A stretch of 64,000 nucleotides of DNA from Polyangiales bacterium (GTDB lineage Bacteria > Myxococcota_A > Polyangia > Polyangiales > Ga0077539): positions 384,001-448,000 of the forward strand of contig JBGARZ010000003.1 of NCBI GenBank assembly GCA_044229975.1, in the 5' to 3' direction. Made by a program: the position numbers and the translations under genes. The notes under the pieces were generated by a model, which did not search any database, was not told where the DNA came from, and saw only the letters and a program-made list of their open reading frames with translations. Below are positions 51,063 through 59,341 of this stretch, piece by piece. Numbering within the stretch: position 1 is the first letter of the stretch; every line of letters starts with the position of its first letter.

Positions 51063-52958
51063 TCAGTGCAGCGCCACGACCCGATCGACGATGAATCGCA
51101 CGGCGTCCGCCCGCTCGCGGGGCGTGATGCGAAACGTGGCGTGAATCCTCCGCGAGAGGTTCTCGGTCAGGCTGGCGTGTTGCGCCCGCGGCTGGGCGCG
51201 CACGGTGTCGATGAGGACGAGCAGCCAGAAGCGCCGGTCGAGCACCGCGTCGATCTCGCAGGCGCGGTCGGCGAAGGCCTTCAGGCGGTCCCCGACGACC
51301 GGGAGGATCTGCTCGATGCGCACACGCTCGGTCTGCAGCGACGCGAGCATGCGGTCGCGCTGGGCCATCCGCTCGCGGAGCAGCGCCTCGCAGATTCGTT
51401 GTCCCTCGTTCTGGGCGGCGAGGTTCCTGACGATGCCGAGCAGGTAGCGCGCGTCGGTGTCGGCAGCGATCGTTCCGGTGGCGCGCTTGCCCTCGAAGAT
51501 CGCGACGCCATCGACGATCGCGTCGAGCGGATAGCGCGCGAGGGCGATGCGGAGGCTGCGCTCCGGGTCGAGCAGCGCGAGCCGCTCGAAGGACCGATCG
51601 AGGTACGCGCGCACCTCGGGATCCTGCCGCGCCTCGAGCGTCTGTCGCGCGAGCTCCTGGCGGCGGCACCGCTCCGCGAGCGCCTTGCGCGCCTCGGCGA
51701 TCTGCTCCGGCGTCGGCGTCTCCCCGTGGATCGTGACGCGCGAGCGACCGTCGCGATCCTTGCGCGGACGATGATTGATCGTGCGGAAAAAGGTCGTGAG
51801 GACCAGCCGGAGGATCGATCGTGCGAGCGAGCGCGCGTCCTCTCCCTCGACGAGCAGCGGCGGCGCGGTCTGCTGGAAGAGCCCGAATCCACCTTCGATG
51901 TGCGCCTTGTTCTGCGGCCTCTCGGGGGTCGCGCGAATGCGCTCGGCACCATCGAGCGCACGATCCACCTCAGGCGCGTGGTTGCTCGGCTTGTTGTCCA
52001 GGAGCACCGCGAGCGGCAGCGGCGGCGCGGCGCTCGTCGTCGCCCTCGCGTCCGCCATCGCGAGGGCGACGGCTTCGCTGTCCTCCTGGTCGCCGAGCGA
52101 CGCGCCGACGAAGGCGCCGCTGTACGGATCGACCAGCAACTCGAGGTTGAAGACGTGGCGCGCGCCGGAGAGTTCGAGCGCAACCTGCGAGCCGTCGCCG
52201 ACCCACTGCGCGTCCGGGAAGAAGACCTCGAAGGCACCGCGCAGCGCACGCTCGTCGGGCGATCGTCCCTCGCGCCGAGCCGGCGTGCGAATCCCGCGCG
52301 CGGCGAGGATGGAGCTCACCAGCGTGGGGCCGTACGGGACGCGGCAGTCGGCTTTCAAGTACGCGCAGAAGTCCGAGAAGCCGCCGCGCCAGGTCTTCCA
52401 CTCCGCGAGCACGGTCTCGAGATGCGTGAGCCGCGTGGCGCTCGTGTCGTTCTCCACGTCGCGCACCGGCTCGTCGGGTGGCGCGGTGATCGCTCCGGCA
52501 CGCAGCCAGTCTTCGACGGTCTCCAGCGGCACCTCCACGGCCTCCGCGAAGCGTGCGAGAGGAAGATCCTCATGCGCGGCGTGCAGCTCCAGCACGCGGT
52601 GCCGGAAGGCATCGGTGTAGTGCCGCCGCCGGTCACCCCCGACGCACCCAGGATGCTCGAAGGTGAAGCGCAGCATCGCCCGCGAGATGGAGAGCAGCTC
52701 CTCGCACGGGCCGCCGCATGGTGCCGTCTCCGCGACCGCTGGGCGCCCCGCAGGGCGTTGCAACGACGGCAGCGAGGCCACGAGCGCGTCGCGCAACTCA
52801 TACGCCCGCGAGCGCGTGGCGCCGGTGGCCGCGAGGATCTCACCGACGGACGGGTGCGCGAGCGAGACCCGCCGAGCGTGCTCGGCGGACGCAAGAAGCA
52901 GGGCGGAGATCAGGAGCGGCGAGACGGACTCGCCGGACTCTGGTAGGTCGGAGCGCAC
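51063..52958 (-). CDS. Second transposase-like protein (HTH, DDE/RNase H-like core, helical C-terminal extension)
   Basis: HTH-like 'RRHYTDAFRHRVL...VPLETVEDW'. Putative triad 'QWVGDG', 'VLLDN', 'PQNKAHIE' (D-33-E), plus 'VDPYSG'. AAGGAG RBS. Confidence 0.8.
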   Translation of the reverse strand: MRSDLPESGESVSPLLISALLLASAEHARRVSLAHPSVGEILAATGATRSRAYELRDALVASLPSLQRPAGRPAVAETAPCGGPCEELLSISRAMLRFTFEHPGCVGGDRRRHYTDAFRHRVLELHAAHEDLPLARFAEAVEVPLETVEDWLRAGAITAPPDEPVRDVENDTSATRLTHLETVLAEWKTWRGGFSDFCAYLKADCRVPYGPTLVSSILAARGIRTPARREGRSPDERALRGAFEVFFPDAQWVGDGSQVALELSGARHVFNLELLVDPYSGAFVGASLGDQEDSEAVALAMADARATTSAAPPLPLAVLLDNKPSNHAPEVDRALDGAERIRATPERPQNKAHIEGGFGLFQQTAPPLLVEGEDARSLARSILRLVLTTFFRTINHRPRKDRDGRSRVTIHGETPTPEQIAEARKALAERCRRQELARQTLEARQDPEVRAYLDRSFERLALLDPERSLRIALARYPLDAIVDGVAIFEGKRATGTIAADTDARYLLGIVRNLAAQNEGQRICEALLRERMAQRDRMLASLQTERVRIEQILPVVGDRLKAFADRACEIDAVLDRRFWLLVLIDTVRAQPRAQHASLTENLSRRIHATFRITPRERADAVRFIVDRVVALH

Positions 52959-53036
52959 GGTCTCCTTGTCTGGGTGGTGCGTTGCGGTGTCTGGAAACTT
53001 CGCAATACACGACCAGGGCGGGAGACCGCTTTCCTT

Positions 53037-54455
53037 TCAGGGGCGCAGCTCGATCAGCTTTCGGCCCATGAGCCACACCTCGGGCACGCCGTCGCGGCTG
53101 GTGACCTTGAAGAGATCCAGCGATCGGGCGCGCAGGTCGATGCCGTCGCCGACGTCGCGCCCCGCGCCGGCTTCGATGCGCGCGAGCACCTCGTCCACGC
53201 GGCCGTAGTAGCGGTCCGCGGGCACCAGCAGGCCGCCCAGCGCGTGGTGCGTGCGGCCGTGATTGTACCAGTGCATGTGCGTGTCGAGCCGCCGCCGCAT
53301 CTCGCCCACATCGGCGAAGCGCTGCACGTCGAACAGCTCCTTCGCGAGGTTGGCGTTGAAGACCTCGACCTTGCCGTTGTGCTCCTTGTCCACGGCGACG
53401 AGCTGGTCGATGCCGAGCTCCGTGAGCAGCGCCGTGAAGCGCGAGATGCCGTTCCACGCCCAGAACGCCGCGCCGCGGTCGTGCATCACCATCTCGGGCT
53501 TGCCGTACCGCGCGACGGCGCGCTCGAAGGTCCCGATCACCATGTCCGCGCGCTCCGCGTCGTCCACCCCGTGGCCCACGACGAAGCGCGAGTGGTCGTC
53601 GATCAGGATCAACGTGAACGTGTTCGCGCGGTGGATGTTGCGATGCACGAAATCGAGGTGCCAGAGGTGGTTCGGGCGCACGGCCTCGAAGCGTTGGATG
53701 TGCGGATGCCGCGCGACCTTCGGCGGCCGATAGCCCGCCTCCTCCATCACCCGCCGCGCCGTGTGGACGGAGACCTTCACGCTCTTGCGACGGAGCTGGT
53801 TGCGGATCTGGCTCGGCCCGAGGCCGGGGTGCCGGCTCCACTCGTCGAGGATCTCCTTGTCGCGCCGCGCCTCGATCTCCTTGACGCCCGCACCGCTCGT
53901 CGGCGACGGGCCCTCGCCCTTCGCCGCGGCGCTGACCTTGCGCTGCCACTCGTAGATCGAGAACCGGCTCACTTTGAACTTCGTCGCCGACTCGGTGACG
54001 CTCTTCTCGGCGGCGTACTCGAGGATCTCCGCGCGCTCCGACGGCGTGTACGAACGCGCGACGGTCTTCGGCTTCGCCGCGGGCGTTGCGACGGCTTTGG
54101 CGGGGAGGCCCGTGGTGTCAGGCGACTTGTTGCCCGCCGACGACGGCGGCGCCGCCTTCGCCGACGCGGTGGACTTGCGCCGCGCGGGTGCCGCCTTCGC
54201 CTTCGCGATCACCACTGGCGGCGGCGGCGCGGCGGGCGCCGCGGGCGCCGTGGGCGTCTCGTCGCTGCTCGACGCCTTCGTGACCCCGGCAGCCTTCGCC
54301 CAGCGGAAGACGTTGGGGGCCGGAACGCCATGCTTCGCCGCCGCGGGCTTGCAGCCCAACGCCGGCACATCGGCGAGCACCACCGCGCGCTCCTCGGCTG
54401 TGTATCGCCGCCCTACGCTGCGTGGCAGCCGTTGCTCATCTCGCTTCTCGTCCAT
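53037..54455 (-). CDS. IS481/IS3-like DDE transposase (rve core) with two N-terminal HTH modules
   Basis: 'RFEAVRPNHLWHLDF', 'IDDHSRF', 'MHDRG', 'NGKVE' and 'YNHGRTHHALG'. Two 'R.YT..ER...W' HTHs are separated by an Ala/Pro/Lys linker. GGAGGAG RBS. Confidence 0.93.
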   Translation of the reverse strand: MDEKRDEQRLPRSVGRRYTAEERAVVLADVPALGCKPAAAKHGVPAPNVFRWAKAAGVTKASSSDETPTAPAAPAAPPPPVVIAKAKAAPARRKSTASAKAAPPSSAGNKSPDTTGLPAKAVATPAAKPKTVARSYTPSERAEILEYAAEKSVTESATKFKVSRFSIYEWQRKVSAAAKGEGPSPTSGAGVKEIEARRDKEILDEWSRHPGLGPSQIRNQLRRKSVKVSVHTARRVMEEAGYRPPKVARHPHIQRFEAVRPNHLWHLDFVHRNIHRANTFTLILIDDHSRFVVGHGVDDAERADMVIGTFERAVARYGKPEMVMHDRGAAFWAWNGISRFTALLTELGIDQLVAVDKEHNGKVEVFNANLAKELFDVQRFADVGEMRRRLDTHMHWYNHGRTHHALGGLLVPADRYYGRVDEVLARIEAGAGRDVGDGIDLRARSLDLFKVTSRDGVPEVWLMGRKLIELRP

Positions 54456-54571
54456 CGTCTCCTCCAGCGATTTGAGGAGGTCTCCGAAGTCCGGAGTTTC
54501 AGGTCCTCAAACCGATGGAAGTTGTGCGGCAAGAGCACCTACTCGCTGCACCCGAAGGTCAAGGCGTCGAA

Positions 54572-57040
54572 GGGTCGATCCCCGCGTGTGCGGGGGAGCC
54601 GCGGCTGGAGTAGCCGACCGGGACGAGCGAGAGGGTCGATCCCCGCGTGTGCGGGGGAGCCCCCTCGAAGGTCACCTGGCTGATCCCCGCGTTGGGTCGA
54701 TCCCCGCGTGTGCGGGGGAGCCTCCTCGAGCTGGCGCGCGAACATCGCCGTCTCGGGTCGATCCCCGCGTGTGCGGGGGAGCCCGGATGGACTTCTCCAC
54801 CATCGCGCCGCCATGGGGTCGATCCCCGCGTGTGCGGGGGAGCCGCGATCCCGGGCGACTGGCGCGCCGCCGAAGCGGGTCGATCCCCGCGTGTGCGGGG
54901 GAGCCCCAAGCCCGGGGAGGTCTGAGATGAGCGACGAGGGTCGATCCCCGCGTGTGCGGGGGAGCCCCAGGGATGCCGCGGCACCCGTCATGGAAGGGGG
55001 GTCGATCCCCGCGTGTGCGGGGGAGCCCCCGCGAGCGAGCCGTACTCCTCCAAGACGAAGGGTCGATCCCCGCGTGTGCGGGGGAGCCGGGCGGCGGCTG
55101 GAGTCGACGCGTGGTGACGTGGGTCGATCCCCGCGTGTGCGGGGGAGCCGCGTAGATGCCGCGGTAGTGCTTCGCGGTCTCGGGTCGATCCCCGCGTGTG
55201 CGGGGGAGCCAAGCTGATCTGCACCGCGGGGTTGGCCGCGATGGGTCGATCCCCGCGTGTGCGGGGGAGCCGAACGGAGCGTCGCCCACGTCGAGGCGGG
55301 TGCGGGTCGATCCCCGCGTGTGCGGGGGAGCCGTCGAGATGATCGAGCCCAAGAACGTCGAGGCGGGTCGATCCCCGCGTGTGCGGGGGAGCCATCGACG
55401 AGCCATTGCGCGTCGATGGCGTGCTGGGTCGATCCCCGCGTGTGCGGGGGAGCCCTCGACGCACTGCTCGCGAAGTGGGAGCGCGAGGGTCGATCCCCGC
55501 GTGTGCGGGGGAGCCCGGGCCGAGTGCGGGGAGCCGACGCGCGAGGTGGGTCGATCCCCGCGTGTGCGGGGGAGCCCGCGAGGGCGGCGAGACGGGCGGG
55601 TGGTATCGGGGTCGATCCCCGCGTGTGCGGGGGAGCCCGCATGAGGATGTCGTCGGAGCCCGCGCTCGGGGGTCGATCCCCGCGTGTGCGGGGGAGCCAG
55701 CGGCGGCCGCGGCTTCTTCGCGGCGCTCACGGGTCGATCCCCGCGTGTGCGGGGGAGCCGAGGTGATGTACGCCGAGCTGCGCGCGCTCAAGGGTCGATC
55801 CCCGCGTGTGCGGGGGAGCCCCCACGGTCCAGCGGGCCATCGTCGACGGGGTGGGTCGATCCCCGCGTGTGCGGGGGAGCCGATCTCGTGAGCAACGACC
55901 GCCGCACCGAGGAGGGTCGATCCCCGCGTGTGCGGGGGAGCCGACGCCGAAGCGGTGGTCGGCGAGGTCGCAGCGGGTCGATCCCCGCGTGTGCGGGGGA
56001 GCCGCGCGAGCGCGCGTTGAGGTCGTCGGCGTGGTGGGTCGATCCCCGCGTGTGCGGGGGAGCCGGCGAGGTGCTCGGCGACACCCGCTACGGCAAGGGT
56101 CGATCCCCGCGTGTGCGGGGGAGCCTCACCGCCGTCGGGGAGGAAGAACGACGGGCCGGGTCGATCCCCGCGTGTGCGGGGGAGCCAAGGCGGAGAGAAG
56201 GTCGCGGAGGGTGCGGCTGGGTCGATCCCCGCGTGTGCGGGGGAGCCACGGCGCAGTCGCCGAGTCCGGTCTGCCCGGGGGGTCGATCCCCGCGTGTGCG
56301 GGGGAGCCTCCGAGAGGATGCCCTCGCGGTCCTGCGCGCCGGGTCGATCCCCGCGTGTGCGGGGGAGCCGGCTCCTGTTGCGGCAGTCAGCCGCTCGTGT
56401 CGGGTCGATCCCCGCGTGTGCGGGGGAGCCCGCGGGCGGCGGGAAGACGCCCCGCAAGGCTCGGGTCGATCCCCGCGTGTGCGGGGGAGCCCACCGCTGG
56501 GGCGTGTCCCACCACAGCAGCCAGGGTCGATCCCCGCGTGTGCGGGGGAGCCTCCGGCGGCACCAGCAGGACGCGCGGGTCGGCGGGTCGATCCCCGCGT
56601 GTGCGGGGGAGCCGCCATGATCTCCCCCTGGAGAACGGTCTCCGGGGGTCGATCCCCGCGTGTGCGGGGGAGCCTAGATCGTCTTGGCCGAAGCGAGACC
56701 CGCCGAGGGTCGATCCCCGCGTGTGCGGGGGAGCCTGCGTCTCCGCCCACGGGCAGATCACCGTGTGGGGTCGATCCCCGCGTGTGCGGGGGAGCCGCGA
56801 AGGTCACGCCGGAGCCCGAGTCGGTCACGGGTCGATCCCCGCGTGTGCGGGGGAGCCATGCGCTCGCGAATCCACGACACGATCAGCGCGGGTCGATCCC
56901 CGCGTGTGCGGGGGAGCCGTGAGCGGGGCGAGGCCGTCGAGGAAGGGGTGGGGTCGATCCCCGCGTGTGCGGGGGAGCCCGGCGACGGTGCTCCAAGCGT
57001 ACCAGCGCGGCGGGTCGATCCCCGCGTGTGCGGGGGAGCC
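54572..57040 (-). CRISPR. Type I-E CRISPR array, leader-proximal part: 41 repeats, 40 spacers (plus the IS-adjacent spacer 54540-54571)
   Basis: Same 29-bp repeat; 54572 to 57012 = 40 x 61 bp. Confidence 0.98.
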
Positions 57041-57072
57041 TCTTTGACCTCTTTGCGGACCGCCCGTCCAGT

Positions 57073-57795
57073 TCAGCCTGTCTTCGTGACGGCGTCCTCC
57101 TCGTCGCCGTCCTCGCCCGGCTCGTCGTCCTTGCCCCCCTTGACGGACCCCTTCGTCGCCCGTGCCGTGCCCGCCGGGAAGAAGCGGTCGGCGTAGCCGC
57201 GCTCCTCCCCGTTTTCCAGCGCCCACGCCCGCAGTTGCACGTACGCGCTCTCCCGCACGGCGTTGGTCTCCTCCTTCCACGTCGTCAGGTCCAGGCTCGC
57301 GCCCGCCCGCGCCGCAAACGCCTGCCGTCGCTCCTCCAGCGCCACGCGGCCCGTCGCCATCGCAGCCTCCACGGCGTCGAGCTTCGCCCCCGCGGCGACC
57401 GAGAGCGCCACCCTCTCCCGCACCACCCGGAACCCCTCACACCGCGTGATCTCGCTCTCCAACCCCAGCCGGATCACCTCCCCCGGCGGCTCCGGGAAGT
57501 ACGCCGCGAACACCTTGTGATCCGCCCTCCCGCCGACGTCCCGCAGCAGCTCGTTGGAGAACCCCCGCACCGCCCGGTCCAGCAGCAGGTCGACCCACGC
57601 CACGCGCGCGTTGGCCCGCACCACGGCGTCCTCGGCCGCCCGGCGCGCCGCGTCGATCACCGCCCAGCGCTCGACCCGCGCGCGAATGGCCCGCAGCAGC
57701 CGCTCGTGCACCGCCGCCGCCTCCAGGCCCGCGTCCGTGAACAGCACGTCCGCTCGCGCCGACTCCCATCCGGTCTTCTCTTCGATCCGCCTCAT
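57073..57795 (-). CDS. Uncharacterised all-alpha-helical protein with acidic tail, lying between cas2 and the array
   Basis: 240 aa from ATG 57795 with GGAGGAGG RBS. Motifs 'YFPEPP..VIRLGLESE' and 'YADRFFP'. The stop is 32 bp from the first repeat. Confidence 0.8.
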   Translation of the reverse strand: MRRIEEKTGWESARADVLFTDAGLEAAAVHERLLRAIRARVERWAVIDAARRAAEDAVVRANARVAWVDLLLDRAVRGFSNELLRDVGGRADHKVFAAYFPEPPGEVIRLGLESEITRCEGFRVVRERVALSVAAGAKLDAVEAAMATGRVALEERRQAFAARAGASLDLTTWKEETNAVRESAYVQLRAWALENGEERGYADRFFPAGTARATKGSVKGGKDDEPGEDGDEEDAVTKTG

Positions 57796-57916
57796 CGTCG
57801 AACCTCCTCCGCCCACGGCGCCGCCGGGAGGCGCCTGATGCCTCCACCCCGCCGCTGTTGGGACACATCCTTCCATCGACTGGTCTGCCCCTTCCCTTGA
57901 GCCGAAATCGACCGGC

Positions 57917-58131
57917 CCCCCTCACCGCTCGCCGCAACAGGGCCTCGGTGCCCTCGGGCCCCCCTCACCGCTCGCCGCAGCGGGGTGCCCGCGCCGACCT
58001 GTCCCCCAACGCGCTCGCCGCGGAGGCCCCCCGGTACGGTCCGGCGGCCGTCAGCGCTCGCCGCGGAGGCCCGCCCGCGCCGTCCGGACCCCCTCCACGC
58101 TCGCCGTGGAGGGGGTCGCAACGCACGTCAG
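57917..58131. repeat. Five degenerate 43-bp-period units with invariant core CGCTCGCCG
   Basis: The core starts at 57926, 57969, 58012, 58055 and 58098. Unit 5 is a perfect hairpin CCCCCTCCACG-CTCGC-CGTGGAGGGGG. Confidence 0.85.
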
Positions 58132-58487
58132 CCGCCGTCGCCGCCGTTGCGCTCTGCATGGATTGTCAAAGACCGCTGCGTGCCCTTGGTGAGCTCGCAT
58201 CGCACCAGCTTCATCCCGTCGTGCTCGCGGAGGTCCACCTTCGGGACGCCGAGCGTCCGAAACGCCTGTCCTCCCGGCGCCCTCTTGTCAGGCCACGTCA
58301 TCACCACAGCCTGATCCGCCGCCCACGTCGGATCGAACCACTCCTCCATCACCGTCCACACCCGGTCGCGCACCGCCCGGCTCATCTCCGGCGACGTGTA
58401 GACCCCCGGCGTCACCTCGCACATCACCGACGCCAGGAAGCCCCGGAAGCGGTCGGGAACGTTCCGTGTGATCGCGATGGTCATCAT
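58128..58487 (-). CDS. cas2: Type I-E Cas2
   Basis: 'MTIAITRNVPDRFRGFLASVMCEVTPGVY', 'VRDRVW' and 'DGMKLV'; downstream of cas1. Confidence 0.93.
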   Translation of the reverse strand: MMTIAITRNVPDRFRGFLASVMCEVTPGVYTSPEMSRAVRDRVWTVMEEWFDPTWAADQAVVMTWPDKRAPGGQAFRTLGVPKVDLREHDGMKLVRCELTKGTQRSLTIHAERNGGDGG

Positions 58488-59337
58488 GGTCGAACAGCTC
58501 CTTGATGCGGTCGATCATCTTCTCGACCAACCGCTCCCGCTTGAACACCACCCCCGCGTGCCGTCTCACCGCGCGCTCCAGGGTCTCGTTGGCACGGGGG
58601 TTCTTCGACGCCTCGAAGGCCACTGGCAGCGTCACTGAATCGCGAAACAGGTCGGCGATGTCGAGCGCGAATGCCCGGCCCGAGTCCTCGTGGATGAACC
58701 CGAGCTGCGGGATGGTCCCCGTCACGGCGACCGCGACCTGCGCGAGGGCATACACGGCCGTGGCCGCGTGGTTGATGGCCTGATTGGCCGTGTCGTCGTG
58801 GTCGGGCGCGGCGCGGTCGTAGCGGCGCCCGCGCCAGCTCATGCCGAAGCTCTCGGCGAGGCGCCGGTAGATGACCTTCATGCGCGCGCCCTCGATGCCC
58901 CGCAGCACGGCGATGTCGGCGTTGGGAACCACCTCGCCGAGCCGCCACGCGTACATCCGCCGCGCGATGAGGGTGCGGAGGTTGGGGTCGCTCCAGTGCG
59001 TGACCTGCGCCCGTGCGCGAGCCGACTCGTCGGGCCCGAAGGGCATCGAGGCGTACAGCCGAACGCCGTCGACGCCCGTGACGACGATGCCGGTTCCGTG
59101 GCGTGCGCAGAGGCGGAGCGCGTCGTGTGAGATGGTCGCACCGGGTTGGAGCGCGATGCACGACACGGTCTGGAAGGGGATGGCGTAGTCGCCCGCGTCG
59201 AGGTCGCCGTCGCCCGCCGTGATGAAGCGGAGGGTTCCGGCGTCGACGACGAGGTTGCCGCGGCCGAGCCAGATCATGCCGTGGCGGTCCCCGTGGGGGA
59301 TGCGCGCGGTCTCCAGCCCGAGGCGGCCCTTCAGCAT
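58288..59337 (-). CDS. cas1: Type I-E Cas1
   Basis: 'LRGIEGARMK', 'WRGRRYD', 'NQAINHA' and 'LGFIHEDSGRAFALDIADL'. Confidence 0.96.
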   Translation of the reverse strand: MLKGRLGLETARIPHGDRHGMIWLGRGNLVVDAGTLRFITAGDGDLDAGDYAIPFQTVSCIALQPGATISHDALRLCARHGTGIVVTGVDGVRLYASMPFGPDESARARAQVTHWSDPNLRTLIARRMYAWRLGEVVPNADIAVLRGIEGARMKVIYRRLAESFGMSWRGRRYDRAAPDHDDTANQAINHAATAVYALAQVAVAVTGTIPQLGFIHEDSGRAFALDIADLFRDSVTLPVAFEASKNPRANETLERAVRRHAGVVFKRERLVEKMIDRIKELFDHDDHRDHTERSRPLPGLPGVGDVRGDAGGLHVAGDEPGGARPGVDGDGGVVRSDVGGGSGCGDDVA

Positions 59338-59341
59338 CGGG

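Larger units (their letters stand above)
50891..54537 (-). mobile_element. 3647-bp insertion sequence with two DDE integrase-type genes, inserted in the CRISPR array
   Basis: Direct repeat CCTACT at 50885-50890 and 54538-54543. Ends TGCGCTTGTCAAACACCTACCA and (reverse complement) TGCTCTTGCCGCACAACTTCCA match at 16/22. Removing the element restores repeat plus a 32-bp spacer. Confidence 0.93.

Noticed and set aside
55516..55547. Spacer containing GTGCGGGGAGCC, similar to the repeat end
   Set aside because: A short GC-rich match with an indel in a normal-length spacer; likely chance.
49734..57280. Many long ORFs with 'GSPAHAGIDP / PRTRGDRP / RSPRVRGS' repeats
   Set aside because: These are translations of the CRISPR repeat in rotating frames, not proteins.
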